Virus record (IMG/VR): IMGVR_UViG_2974727065_000001
Coordinates: 1 to 64,000 of that record
From: a virus
Lineage: Duplodnaviria > Caudoviricetes
Length of the DNA stretch: 64,000 nucleotides
Reading direction: 5' to 3' (one strand)
Shown: positions 8,648-19,201 of the stretch, in pieces
Numbering within the stretch: position 1 is the first letter of the stretch
How the letters are laid out: every line of letters begins with the position of its first letter
Translations under genes and position numbers: made by a program
The notes under the pieces: model-generated
What the model was told of the DNA's origin: nothing
What the model saw: the letters and a program-made list of their open reading frames with translations, nothing else
Database searches by the model: none

Positions 8648-11600
8648 TGATCTTTCCTTTCCTCGCAGCGATTGGGGCGTTCCTTGCAGCTAATGCTGTG
8701 GCGATCGCCTTTACCTTCGCTAGTATGCTCTATCAACGTCGGCGTCAAAAGAAGCTGGCAGCAGAGCTTGATAAACAAAAGGGCTTCGATCTCGTCGTTG
8801 ACGGGGAGCCTATCAACCTTCCTCTTACTTATGGTGCTCAGAAAATCGCTGGTGTGCGGACTATCCATAAGACATTCAACAATGTGAAACAACGTAAGAA
8901 TCCCGCTAACTCTGGCTGGGTACAGTTTAACTATCCTTTGAGTAGCTGGCCTTTGGACACTGACAAAGACCACTCTTCCAGCAAGAACCAGTATCTCTTG
9001 ACTCAACAAGCCCTCTGTTTTGGTGGTATTGATGAATTCATCGATATTGAGGTCAACAGCCAAAGCTGGGACAAAGGTAAGTTCAGTCACATGCTCGAAG
9101 CACACCTTGACGGTGGTGTAGATAACATCTCTGCAACTGCTTCTGGTATTGCTGATACAAACAAGTTTACGAATGCAGCTTGGATCAATGCGATCTTCTG
9201 GCTGAACCGTAACGATTACAACTACCAAGGTGTCCCTAATATCTCGGCCTATGTTAAAGGTCAGCGTATTTGGTCCTTGAAAGAGAACAATGGTGTTATC
9301 TCGCTCGACACCAAAGCTTACTCCAACAACAACTCGTATGTTCTGATGGACTACCTCCTGAGACCCCGTGAACTCGGTGGTGTGGGTCTTGGTAATCTGA
9401 ATGCACAACAGTGGTTGGCTGGTGATCAGCCTGATCTGTCTCGTATCAACCTTGGATCGTTCTATAATGCTGCTCAAATCTGTGATACTACTGTTGAGAC
9501 TATCACTGGTACTGCCCGTGGTCGTGTTAATGGTGTTCCTCCGGTTGACCGCCGTGTGAAAGAACTCTCTGATCGCGGTAACGGTAAAGAGAACGGTGAA
9601 TTGGTTTATGTTGAAGACATTAAACAGATCTTCGAATGGTCTGGTGGTGCTTGGGCAGAACTCCTTGCTGACCGTACTGTGAAGCTCTATGAGTGTAACA
9701 TTACTATCGACACTTCTCGTGACTTCCGTGACAACATCGAACTTCTCCTTGAAACTATGGGTGAGTCTGAAATGACTTTCTCGGAAGGTAAGTATAAGCT
9801 TCTGCTTGACTACCCTGAGAATGAGGTCGAACAAGACCAACTCATCGCTATGGAGATCGATGATAGTTACATCGTTTCTGAAGATGTGACCGTTTCCTAT
9901 CCGGGTTCGGCAGATCGTCTCAATCGTGTGACTGTAAAGTTCAAGAACGAAGAGCATGACTTTGTGATGGACTCTGTTAGCTGGCCTCAGTGGGGTGATG
10001 CTAACCATCAGAAACTTATGTCGGAAGATAATCAGGTTCCTTCTGAACAGGAAATCTTCTTTCCGGGTTGTTCTATTCGTCATTTGGCTCTTGCCAAGGC
10101 TGAGAACATGGTTCGCCAGTCGCGTATCTATGTCGGTGATGAGATCGAGAACCCCGGTTCTGGTCATTCTTTGAACCAACAGATCGTGAGCTTTACACTT
10201 GATCGTCGTGGTATCGTTCTTGAAACAGGTGACTTGATCAAGCTCAATAGTGAAGCTGCTGGAATCTCTAACCGGGTGTTCCGTATCGAGACCTTGAAGT
10301 ACACCAATCGTATGAACGTGGAGCTTACTGCTTCTCAATTCAACTACACGAACTTGGCTTACTCTTCAAAGGACTCGGTGATCCCGGATCCTCGTACTGT
10401 CTATGACAACTCGGTTGCCAACGTTCGTAACTTGGCTTATAACCAAGGGATCCGTAACGGTTCTCCTATTGACAGCAACGGCTATCTGAACTGGAACCAT
10501 CCTCTGGATGAAGAAGTTCGCCAATACATCATCAGCACCAGTACCAACAATGTTGATTGGGAACAACTTGGAACTACTCGTCGTAGGTTCTTTGACATCC
10601 CTGCTGAGTATGATGATGGTGCAGATCGTTTCTTCAATGTTCGCGTTGAGAGTACTGCTCGTATCATGAACGATGGTGTTACCGTCTTTGTGAACAACCT
10701 CCAAACTGTTGCTCCGATTAGCAGCTTCTTTGGCGAGTCTCGTACTAATGGTGCTAACCTGAACTGGTCTAACCCGGCTGCGGACATTACTCGTCGTTAT
10801 GAAGTCTACTGGTCTAAGTCGGCTACTAAACCTAGCACTCCTAACCAAGTCACACGGGAAACCTATCTTGAGGTGACTGGTCTTGACGGTGACACTGATT
10901 ACCGTTTCTGGGTGGATGCTGTAGGTTATAGTGGTACTCGTGGTGACATGCTCACCCCGATCGTTGTCCGTCCTACTTCTTCTGAAGTGGACCCTGATGA
11001 TGTCTTCGGTGATCCGGCTGACCCTACAAACCTTCAGTTGTCGTCCACTCTAGACGATGATAACGGTAAGGCTAACTTCTCTGTATCTTGGACTAACCCT
11101 GCTGATATGGGTTATGTTGCTGGTTTCCGTGTGAAGATCACTGATGTGAATGCTGGTGAGACTCGTATCTTTGATGCTCCTGCTTCTCCCTTTGAGCGTG
11201 ACTATCCTCGCGGAGTCTTGCTAGAGGCTACCGTAGAGAGCTACAACGGGGCTGCTAAAGGGGGTGGGTATCTAACTCCTCAACAGCACACCACAGCGGC
11301 AGACTCTGTACCTCCTGCGGTACCTCAGAACCTCAGTGGTACTGGTGGTTTCAATACCGTCTGGTTGGAGTGGAGTAAAGTTGGTGACACTGACCTCGCT
11401 TACTATGAGGTTGTTAAACGGACTGTGGGCGCTTCTGCTCCGGGTGTAAATCCGTCAAACGTCAAACAAGCAACTGACAACAGCTATGCTTATCTTGGGC
11501 TTCCTGATAATCACAACCGTGACTACTACGTCCGTGCTGTGGACACTTCGGGTAACAAGTCTGCATGGTCTACTAAAGTGAACGTCGTAACTAAAGATCC

Positions 11601-14600
11601 TGCTCTGACGGGTGTTACAAGTGACGATATCGCTGGGATCGTTCGTGAGGACTCTTTTGTTCTCGGCCTCGAACCGATCAAGACTGTGAATACACTTCCT
11701 GACCCTAATGGTTATACGGGTTCTAGTGTTGTCCTTCTGACGACTGATGGCAAGACTTATAGGTATCACAATGGCGCTTGGACTGCTGAAGTCCCTGCTG
11801 TAGATATCTCCGGTCAGATCCAGAATAATCAGATCAATACTGTGAATGCTGCCAAACTGACGGGAACGATCAATGAAGCTCGTATCGCTGGTCTCGCTGC
11901 AAGCAAGATTACGGGTGAACTCACAAGTGACCAGATTGCTGACTTGGATGCTGCAAAGATCGCTGGACAACTCACGGATTCTCAACTTGCTGGTATTAGT
12001 GCTGGTAAACTTGTTGGCAATATCGTATCTAGCCAGATTGCTTCTATTGATTCAGCTAAACTGACGGGAACGATCAATGAAGCTCGTATTGCTGGCCTCG
12101 CTGCAAGCAAGATCACTGGCCAACTGACTGACGGTCAAATCGCCAGCGTAGCCACGGCTAAACTTACCGGGGAAATTGTAGCAAATCAGCTTGCTCAAGG
12201 TGCGACTCTGAAGGACCAACCTGTATTCACTATGGATCAGGACTCTCCTTATACGATCACACCAGCAAATGGTTCGGTTAGCTATGACTCGACGGATAAG
12301 TACTCTGGTACTCATGCTGCACTGATCACCTTCACGGATGCGTCAAACCCCAGTGGGGGTGGCAATACAGGAGCACCCTTTATCACGATCCCCGATCTGG
12401 TTGCTCTTCGCTTCGGCGGTAAGAGGATCCGTATTAGTGGTTATGCGAAAGCTCCTTCCACGAATGCAGCTTCTGAATTTGGTGTAGCGTACTCTACCTC
12501 TGACAATGGTAACTCTGGTTTCCAGAAGTTCACACCAACATCGTCTTGGAAGGAATTCTCTTTCACTTACGATGTACCAACCCCTGTTGCGGGCGGTAGT
12601 GACTACCTCGGGTTCTGGGCTGACACATCAAACTCTGGTAAAGGTACTCTGTTCGACCAGTGGTCTATTGAGATTATTGAGGATCTCGGCTTGGCGTCAG
12701 GTCAGATCACTGAGACTCAGATCTCGGATGATGCCATTTCTACACCTAAACTGAAGGCAAATGCAGTAACAGCGAGTATCATCGCTGCGAATGCTGTGGT
12801 CGCTGATAAGATCGCTGCGAATGCTGTGGTCGCTGATAAGATTGCTGCGAATGCAATTACTGCTGGTAAGATTGCTGCTAATGCGGTAACTGCAAGTGAG
12901 ATTGCCGCTGGAGCCGTGACAGCTAGTGAGATTGCCGCTGGAGCTGTGGTTGCTGACAAGATCGCATCTAATGCTATTACAGCAGAGAAGATCGAAGCAG
13001 GAGCTATCACGGCGGCTAAGATTGCGGCTAACACAATCGGTGCAGGTCAGATTGCAGCTAATGCTATCACTGCAAGTGAGCTTGCATCAAACTCGATCCA
13101 GTCGGGGCACATCACCTCAAATGCTATCGTTGCAGCGAAGATTGCATCTAATGCTATCACATCTGTGAAGATCAATGCTGGTGCTGTAAATGCCGATAAG
13201 CTTGCTGCTAATGCTGTGACTGCTGGTAAGATCGATGCAGGAGCGGTAACTGCTGGGAAGATTGCATCCAACGCTGTAACTGCCAACAAGATCGCAGCTA
13301 ACGCTATCACTGCTGGTAAGATCGATGCAGGAGCAGTAACGACTGCCAAACTTGCTGCGGGTTCTGTTGAAGCCTCGAAGATTGCTTCTGGTGCTGTGAC
13401 TACTGCTAAATTGGCAGTGGGTAACGGCGGGAACATGATTGAGAACTCTAACTGGACTGCTGGTCTTTCTACCGTAGCCAACTATTCAAATGATAGTACG
13501 ACCTTCAAGAATCAACACTCTTGGCGGATCCGTCCGGGTTCTGAAGGGTGGTCTGGGGGACATGGTGTTCTTGAGATTAGACAGGGAGGTACTGCTTCAG
13601 GGACTATGAACACTTACCTTCATAGGATGGGTGGAAGTAGCACCTACGGTTGGCCTTGTAAACCGGGTGCGAAGTACTCGGCCTCTGTGCAGATGTCTGT
13701 TCACCGTTGTACTGCGAGAGCGGTTGTTGTATTCCGTCGAGCTGATAACTCTTGGATCGATGCCTATGACATTGGGAGTAATAATGGTGCTCAAGGGAGT
13801 TCGGAGGTTATCGATGACTGGCCTATGGTTTCAAACATCGTAACAGCCCCTACTGCTGCACGTTACGCCCAGCTTATCATCTACAAGACTGGTACAAACA
13901 GTGGTTCGGATAGTTATGTGTTTGTTCACAAACCTATGCTTGCGGAAACCCATGCAGAAGCTACTGAAGCGACTCCTTATAGCCCTTCTGGTGCAACTCT
14001 GATCTCTGGTAATGAAATCATGACCGGAGCCATTACTGCTGAAAAGATTGCTGCGAACTCTATCTCGGCAGTCCAAATTGCAGCTAATACGATTGGTGTT
14101 TCTGAACTTTCTGCTAACGCGGTGACTTCGGATAAGATTGCGGCGAATGCTGTGTCTGCTGGTAAGATTGCCACTAATGCGATCTCGGCAGGGAAGATCC
14201 AAGCGGGTGCTGTGAGTGCTGACAAACTGGCTGCGAAATCGATTACGGCTTCAAAGCTTGCTGTTGGTGACTTCACTAACTTGAACCCTGATATGGACTT
14301 CGCTGACCCTGATGGGTGGACGGGTATCACTCGTCGTATCCCTACAGGTGTTGATTGGGGTGGTACAACCGGGGTTGAACTTGATGGTGCTTCTAACACA
14401 CACAAAGTAGCGACTTCCAAGCATATCATTAACTTCGACCCTCTTGGTGAGAAGCTTCGGTTCGAGTACCGTGCAAGGAACCGCTTGGGGAATGCTGGTT
14501 ATGTGTATGCAGATATCCAGATTTCTAAGAATCCTACGTTCACTGGCACTAACGGGACTGATTATACGTTCCGTAGTGTGGGTAACACTGGCAACAACTA

Positions 14601-16374
14601 TAATGCTGTGGACTTCGCTGGGGATATTGACATCCCTGCTGGATTTATCTATGGTCGAATTCGTTTGATCAAAGGTAACAACGGTTCTACTCGTGCTCAG
14701 TTCGGTGTTCCTCGTCTCTACCGTAAGAACGCTGGTAAGTTGATCGTTGATGGCTCTATCAAAGCAAACCATGTTGGTGCCAACGAGATTATCGCTAATA
14801 CGGCGAATATCAAGAATGGTGTCATCACGAATGCTAAGATTGCCAATGCGACTATCGAGAACGTTAAGATCAAAGATGGTACGATCGAGAATGTCAAGAT
14901 CAAGAACTCAACTATTACGGGTTCCAAGATTGCTGGCTCTACGATTGCAGCGTCTAACATCAAGAACTCGACCATCACTGGTGGCAAGATCGCAAACGCA
15001 ACGATCACGGGCGGGAATATCTCGACCAATACAATCGAAGCAACGCACATCAAAGCTAACACCATCACAGGTGACAAGATCAAAGCTAACACTATTTCGG
15101 CTGACAGGCTGAAGATTGGTGTTGGTGGCGGTAACTTGCTCCTGAACACGGACTTTAGCCAAGATGTTGTACACTGGTATCTAAACAAGTCTGGTAACAT
15201 TGGTTCTAGTGGTCGTTACCATATCCGGCCTCCGGGTTCTTGGTCTGGTCGTGACTTCCCTGTTCTGGAAGTAGCTTCGAGCCGTGATACAACTTCGAGT
15301 GGTTATGTTGAGGCACAGCTGCGGGTTCAGAACCCTGATGGAAGCTGGCGTCGTGGTGTCCCTGTAACTGGTGGTAAGTGGTATCAAGCTTCGGCTCGTA
15401 TCAACGCACTCCGGTCTAAACTCTTGATGGAAGTACGATGGTATGATGACTCTGGTAATCAGATTGATCAGGACTCTGTGTCTGATACGAACCCCTTCTC
15501 CTCTTCGAGTGCGGATCCGGGTTCTTGGCGCTTGTACAGCAAGAACTGGCAAGCTCCTTCTGGTGCTGAGTCTGCGGTCATCTGTTTCCGTTTGACTGAG
15601 ACCACAAGTAACTCTGATGGTTACATCTTCGTCCACAATCCCCAACTAGTTGAAGTGGATGGCTCTGCGGTTCAGTATGTTCCGTATGGACCGGGTGGCA
15701 CTACTACTATCAACGGTGGTTCTATCCGTACAGGGTCGATTACTGCTGGTGTGGGTATCTTCCAAAATGGTCTGAAGTCGAGCAACTTTAACGGTGCTAT
15801 GACGTCCAGTGATATCACTAACTATGGTACTGCTGGTTGGGCTATTGCGAGTAATGGTGATGCAGTATTCAATAACCTTGTTGCCCGTTCGTGGGTTCAG
15901 GTTGGTGCTGTGTCGAAAGGTGCTTCTTACAGTGGTTACTCAAGTGCAGGTAAAGTTGATGGTGACGTTGTTACTCGTACAACTGGACCCTTCTCGCTTG
16001 GGGAATTCTGGCAGATTGCGGCTAGGATCGAGTATCGTACTCGTAAACGTACCTCGATCTACTATCAGGGCAAAGGTGGTTCCAGCTACAGTAGGTATCG
16101 TCACAGGACTCGTCCTTACCTCGAATATCGAGAGAAGAACGGTGGGACTTGGAGCGGCTGGACTGTACTTCACCAGTTCCCAGATAGCCCTACTAACGAT
16201 TCTTGGACGACACAGGAAGTTGTGAAGTCTAAGATGGACAGTAACCAAGATACTCAGATTCGTATCCGTGTCCATGTCTACGCCCAAAATGCGGGGGATA
16301 GTAGCAATGGCTGGAACGACGATTGGAAGAACGTCCGTAACGTAACACTCTATTCGCGAGCACTTGTTCGCTAA
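8647..16374 (+). CDS. giant tail tip/central fibre protein (2575 aa; J-like N-terminus, FN3 domains, repeat shafts, carbohydrate-binding-like domains)
   Basis: LPLTYG, PNISAYVKGQ, LMDYL, RLNRVTVKF; FN3 (YYVRAVDTSGNKSAWS); 17-aa and 10-aa (KIAANAVTA) repeats. Confidence 0.85.
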   Translation: MIFPFLAAIGAFLAANAVAIAFTFASMLYQRRRQKKLAAELDKQKGFDLVVDGEPINLPLTYGAQKIAGVRTIHKTFNNVKQRKNPANSGWVQFNYPLSSWPLDTDKDHSSSKNQYLLTQQALCFGGIDEFIDIEVNSQSWDKGKFSHMLEAHLDGGVDNISATASGIADTNKFTNAAWINAIFWLNRNDYNYQGVPNISAYVKGQRIWSLKENNGVISLDTKAYSNNNSYVLMDYLLRPRELGGVGLGNLNAQQWLAGDQPDLSRINLGSFYNAAQICDTTVETITGTARGRVNGVPPVDRRVKELSDRGNGKENGELVYVEDIKQIFEWSGGAWAELLADRTVKLYECNITIDTSRDFRDNIELLLETMGESEMTFSEGKYKLLLDYPENEVEQDQLIAMEIDDSYIVSEDVTVSYPGSADRLNRVTVKFKNEEHDFVMDSVSWPQWGDANHQKLMSEDNQVPSEQEIFFPGCSIRHLALAKAENMVRQSRIYVGDEIENPGSGHSLNQQIVSFTLDRRGIVLETGDLIKLNSEAAGISNRVFRIETLKYTNRMNVELTASQFNYTNLAYSSKDSVIPDPRTVYDNSVANVRNLAYNQGIRNGSPIDSNGYLNWNHPLDEEVRQYIISTSTNNVDWEQLGTTRRRFFDIPAEYDDGADRFFNVRVESTARIMNDGVTVFVNNLQTVAPISSFFGESRTNGANLNWSNPAADITRRYEVYWSKSATKPSTPNQVTRETYLEVTGLDGDTDYRFWVDAVGYSGTRGDMLTPIVVRPTSSEVDPDDVFGDPADPTNLQLSSTLDDDNGKANFSVSWTNPADMGYVAGFRVKITDVNAGETRIFDAPASPFERDYPRGVLLEATVESYNGAAKGGGYLTPQQHTTAADSVPPAVPQNLSGTGGFNTVWLEWSKVGDTDLAYYEVVKRTVGASAPGVNPSNVKQATDNSYAYLGLPDNHNRDYYVRAVDTSGNKSAWSTKVNVVTKDPALTGVTSDDIAGIVREDSFVLGLEPIKTVNTLPDPNGYTGSSVVLLTTDGKTYRYHNGAWTAEVPAVDISGQIQNNQINTVNAAKLTGTINEARIAGLAASKITGELTSDQIADLDAAKIAGQLTDSQLAGISAGKLVGNIVSSQIASIDSAKLTGTINEARIAGLAASKITGQLTDGQIASVATAKLTGEIVANQLAQGATLKDQPVFTMDQDSPYTITPANGSVSYDSTDKYSGTHAALITFTDASNPSGGGNTGAPFITIPDLVALRFGGKRIRISGYAKAPSTNAASEFGVAYSTSDNGNSGFQKFTPTSSWKEFSFTYDVPTPVAGGSDYLGFWADTSNSGKGTLFDQWSIEIIEDLGLASGQITETQISDDAISTPKLKANAVTASIIAANAVVADKIAANAVVADKIAANAITAGKIAANAVTASEIAAGAVTASEIAAGAVVADKIASNAITAEKIEAGAITAAKIAANTIGAGQIAANAITASELASNSIQSGHITSNAIVAAKIASNAITSVKINAGAVNADKLAANAVTAGKIDAGAVTAGKIASNAVTANKIAANAITAGKIDAGAVTTAKLAAGSVEASKIASGAVTTAKLAVGNGGNMIENSNWTAGLSTVANYSNDSTTFKNQHSWRIRPGSEGWSGGHGVLEIRQGGTASGTMNTYLHRMGGSSTYGWPCKPGAKYSASVQMSVHRCTARAVVVFRRADNSWIDAYDIGSNNGAQGSSEVIDDWPMVSNIVTAPTAARYAQLIIYKTGTNSGSDSYVFVHKPMLAETHAEATEATPYSPSGATLISGNEIMTGAITAEKIAANSISAVQIAANTIGVSELSANAVTSDKIAANAVSAGKIATNAISAGKIQAGAVSADKLAAKSITASKLAVGDFTNLNPDMDFADPDGWTGITRRIPTGVDWGGTTGVELDGASNTHKVATSKHIINFDPLGEKLRFEYRARNRLGNAGYVYADIQISKNPTFTGTNGTDYTFRSVGNTGNNYNAVDFAGDIDIPAGFIYGRIRLIKGNNGSTRAQFGVPRLYRKNAGKLIVDGSIKANHVGANEIIANTANIKNGVITNAKIANATIENVKIKDGTIENVKIKNSTITGSKIAGSTIAASNIKNSTITGGKIANATITGGNISTNTIEATHIKANTITGDKIKANTISADRLKIGVGGGNLLLNTDFSQDVVHWYLNKSGNIGSSGRYHIRPPGSWSGRDFPVLEVASSRDTTSSGYVEAQLRVQNPDGSWRRGVPVTGGKWYQASARINALRSKLLMEVRWYDDSGNQIDQDSVSDTNPFSSSSADPGSWRLYSKNWQAPSGAESAVICFRLTETTSNSDGYIFVHNPQLVEVDGSAVQYVPYGPGGTTTINGGSIRTGSITAGVGIFQNGLKSSNFNGAMTSSDITNYGTAGWAIASNGDAVFNNLVARSWVQVGAVSKGASYSGYSSAGKVDGDVVTRTTGPFSLGEFWQIAARIEYRTRKRTSIYYQGKGGSSYSRYRHRTRPYLEYREKNGGTWSGWTVLHQFPDSPTNDSWTTQEVVKSKMDSNQDTQIRIRVHVYAQNAGDSSNGWNDDWKNVRNVTLYSRALVR

Positions 16375-16392
16375 CAAAGGAGAAACTAAACA

Positions 16393-16800
16393 ATGCAAGT
16401 CAAATACCTTCAGCTTGATGCTCAAGGTTTTCTGGTGACGGGAGTGGGCTTCGGCCCCTCCCTACCGGAGAATGCTATCATGGTAATTGAAGGTGTAAAC
16501 CTCGAAGACATCCCAGAAAACTACTACTTTCAGGATGGTATGCTTCACAAGGCACCTCTCTCACCTTCCCCTGAAGAGACCGAAGATGGTTATATCATCC
16601 GTGGACTTATCGCAGGGACATCTATCAACGTAATCGATAACGCAGACGGTTCATCGATTGTCTCCGTAACTACAACCGAAGAGCAGACAGAACTTGAGTT
16701 CGCTCTCGAAGACGAAGGATCTTATACCGTGGAGGTGGATCTTCCTGAACCGTCTCGTATGTCCTCCACTGTAATTGAGGTCTCAAATGCTGAGGATTAA
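16393..16800 (+). CDS. tail fibre-associated protein
   Basis: AAGGAG RBS; directly after fibre gene. Confidence 0.5.
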   Translation: MQVKYLQLDAQGFLVTGVGFGPSLPENAIMVIEGVNLEDIPENYYFQDGMLHKAPLSPSPEETEDGYIIRGLIAGTSINVIDNADGSSIVSVTTTEEQTELEFALEDEGSYTVEVDLPEPSRMSSTVIEVSNAED

Positions 16801-17212
16801 ACGTACTGAGGAAGCTAAACAGGCTCCTCTCAAGAAAGTCAAAACAGAAGCTGTTTGTCGTGTGAACTGTGTAGCTGACGAAGTTCGTCGTCTCTATATT
16901 ACTCCGATCGCAGGGCAAGAGCTTATTTACATGAAGAAAGAGGAAGAAGCTAAAGCGTTCCTCGCTATAGAAACTGAACCTGAAGATCTTTCTGAATTCC
17001 CTTTCATTGGAAGCGAGATTGGTTCTACTGGAATGTCTCCGAGAGAAGTTGCAGAGGTATTCTATGAGCGTTCCCAAGCTTGGAAGTATATCGGGGTTAT
17101 GATCGAGAGGTTGCGGGTTAATGCCCTTTCTGGGATTAAAACTGCTTCCTCGGAAGAAGAAGTGAATCAGCTTGTTGAATTCTATGAAGAAGATATGGAG
17201 GAACTGCGATGA
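16787..17212 (+). CDS. tail fibre assembly-like protein
   Basis: YITPIAGQELIYMKKEEEA...FPFIGSEIG...IERLR pattern of fibre-associated chaperones. Confidence 0.55.
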   Translation: MLRIKRTEEAKQAPLKKVKTEAVCRVNCVADEVRRLYITPIAGQELIYMKKEEEAKAFLAIETEPEDLSEFPFIGSEIGSTGMSPREVAEVFYERSQAWKYIGVMIERLRVNALSGIKTASSEEEVNQLVEFYEEDMEELR

Positions 17213-17715
17213 AATTCAGTTACCACCCTCTCAAAGATCTCCGTCATCGTTTCCGAGAATTGATAGAAATCACTGGTGGTCGTGATCCTGTTGAATACCG
17301 TACAAGACTCCGTCAGATGATGCAGATGGGTCTACACCTGTGGATCGCTGAAGACAATTACCGAATTGTTGGATCTATCGGTTTCATGACTGAACCCGGT
17401 GAAACAGGCTGGACCAAGAGTGAAGCAATGAAAGAGGCCGCAATCGAGAAAGGTATCGACCCTGATACTGTTCAGGTACGCTCCTTGATTTATGTACATC
17501 CTGACTACCGTGGGAAAGGTCTGGCAGATGAACTTGAGAAACGAGCAAACCGTACATCCTTGGAACTAGGTTTCAAATACCGGGCTGCTTTTGCTTACGA
17601 TAATGAAGAGATTTATAAATGGATTCACCGTCACGGGAATGCTATTGATCTTCTTCCTGAAGAACCAACAGGTACGGGTTTTCCGGCCACTCTTGTCCCT
17701 TTGGATAACGTATGA
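17209..17715 (+). CDS. GNAT-family acetyltransferase
   Basis: Acetyl-CoA motif A IYVHPDYRGKGLADEL. Confidence 0.75.
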   Translation: MKFSYHPLKDLRHRFRELIEITGGRDPVEYRTRLRQMMQMGLHLWIAEDNYRIVGSIGFMTEPGETGWTKSEAMKEAAIEKGIDPDTVQVRSLIYVHPDYRGKGLADELEKRANRTSLELGFKYRAAFAYDNEEIYKWIHRHGNAIDLLPEEPTGTGFPATLVPLDNV

Positions 17716-17725
17716 GGTAATGTCA

Positions 17726-18079
17726 ATGTCTCACTTTACAGAACTAAAACACTGGTACTGGCAAGGTCGTAACAAACAGTATATCACAACAAAAGAAGTG
17801 AAGTGGGAAATAGGTGTAGAAGGTTCTAGCCTATGGGTGACAGTACCGAAGGGTTTCAACTTCGATGTATCTGTCCCAAAAGCTCTCACTTGGCTGGTAG
17901 ATCCTCACAACCCGAAGTATTTCAAAGCAGCCTGTCTACACGACTATGCACTACATGAATTGAATTGGGATAGAGTTTCGGCTGCTGCACTCTTCTCAGA
18001 GGCTCTTAGAGCAGAAAAACTTAACTCGGTTCTCCGATTACTGATGGTTTACGCAGTGATTGGATGGAACTGGAAATAG
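17726..18079 (+). CDS. DUF1353 family protein
   Basis: VTVPKGFNFDVSVP...AACLHDYAL...ALFSEAL. Confidence 0.75.
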   Translation: MSHFTELKHWYWQGRNKQYITTKEVKWEIGVEGSSLWVTVPKGFNFDVSVPKALTWLVDPHNPKYFKAACLHDYALHELNWDRVSAAALFSEALRAEKLNSVLRLLMVYAVIGWNWK

Positions 18080-18094
18080 CGAAAGGAGGCCATT

Positions 18095-18619
18095 ATGGCT
18101 GCTAAACGTAAAACTAAATCGAAATCGAAACTTGAGAGCCATGATACGGGCTTTCGTTTGGGTAACCGTTCAGTTCGTAACCTGAAAGGTGTCCACCCTG
18201 ATCTGATCAAGGTCGTTGAGCTGGCCCTGACCCGTTACACTAAGGAAGACTTCACTGTGATCTGTGGTATGCGTACCCGGAAAGAGCAGCGTCGTCTGGT
18301 GGCCAAAGGTGCTTCTAAAACTATGAACAGTCGTCACCTCCCGAATAGCCAAGGTTACAGCCGCGCTGTTGATCTCGGTTGGTGGAAGAACGGCGGAGTC
18401 TCTTGGAAGACCGACAATGTGAAAGCCTTCTATGATATGGACCACTCTGCGGACTATGAAGGTTATCAGGCTATCGGTGTTGCTATGAAGGCTGCTGCTG
18501 AAGAACTGAACATTCCTCTTCGTTGGGGTGCCGACTGGGATGGTGACGGTCAACATACTGACCATACCTTCCTTGACTGGGTTCACTTTGAACTCCCAAG
18601 AGGTCATGGTTATGACTGA
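18095..18619 (+). CDS. endolysin, M15-family (L-Ala-D-Glu) peptidase
   Basis: LKGVHPDL, GMRT..EQ, SKTMNSRHL, AVDL, RWGADW, DWVHFEL. Confidence 0.9.
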   Translation: MAAKRKTKSKSKLESHDTGFRLGNRSVRNLKGVHPDLIKVVELALTRYTKEDFTVICGMRTRKEQRRLVAKGASKTMNSRHLPNSQGYSRAVDLGWWKNGGVSWKTDNVKAFYDMDHSADYEGYQAIGVAMKAAAEELNIPLRWGADWDGDGQHTDHTFLDWVHFELPRGHGYD

Positions 18620-18806
18620 GAACAAGAAACCTCGCACCAAGACCTATAAACGGGAGTTTGCAGTAAGCACCTTCCTTGGTTGTCTCGGTTGGGGTATGTT
18701 CTCTGGCGATGCAACCTTCCTTGAAACGACTTTTATGCCGACCCTGTTTAACGCAGGAGTAGCTTTGGGTCTTCACGAATACTCGGAGAATATGGCAAAC
18801 AGATGA
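18612..18806 (+). CDS. probable holin
   Basis: 64 aa, KTYKREFAV then two hydrophobic segments; between endolysin and spanin. Confidence 0.55.
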   Translation: MTENKKPRTKTYKREFAVSTFLGCLGWGMFSGDATFLETTFMPTLFNAGVALGLHEYSENMANR

Positions 18807-19186
18807 AGAACATTATTTTCCTAGTTCTTGTCGGGACAATCCTTGTGGGTTGTTCCGGCATGGACATCGCTAAGTTTGCTTTAGGCGGCGGCGCAGATAT
18901 CATCCCTGACGTAGCTCAGGTTGGTAAAACAAACACACAAACCCTTGGTACAAATGAAATCACCGAGGTTGTAATCAAAGACGTTACAGGTGGTCAGATC
19001 CGTCCGGTCGTTCGACCTGAAGGTATCACTACAACAGCACCAGTAGAGAACGTCACCCAGACTAACTACAACGTTCCTCCGATCTGGATCATTGCTTTGG
19101 TGGTGTGGAGTATCTTCCTCTGGCAGCTTCCGAGTCCAAGTGAGCTAAGTCGGAAGTTCTGGTCGTTCTTTGGAAAACGTAAGTAA
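18803..19186 (+). CDS. probable unimolecular spanin (lipoprotein with C-terminal TM)
   Basis: Lipobox ILVGC after hydrophobic signal; C-terminal IWIIALVVWSIFLW followed by basic tail. Confidence 0.65.
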   Translation: MKNIIFLVLVGTILVGCSGMDIAKFALGGGADIIPDVAQVGKTNTQTLGTNEITEVVIKDVTGGQIRPVVRPEGITTTAPVENVTQTNYNVPPIWIIALVVWSIFLWQLPSPSELSRKFWSFFGKRK

Positions 19187-19201
19187 AACAAGCACATATA
19201 G

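Noticed and set aside
11854-12113. Near-identical repeats in the fibre gene as a DGR template/variable pair
   Set aside because: Differences are synonymous C/T changes, not adenine-specific; both copies are in-frame protein repeats; no reverse transcriptase in the window
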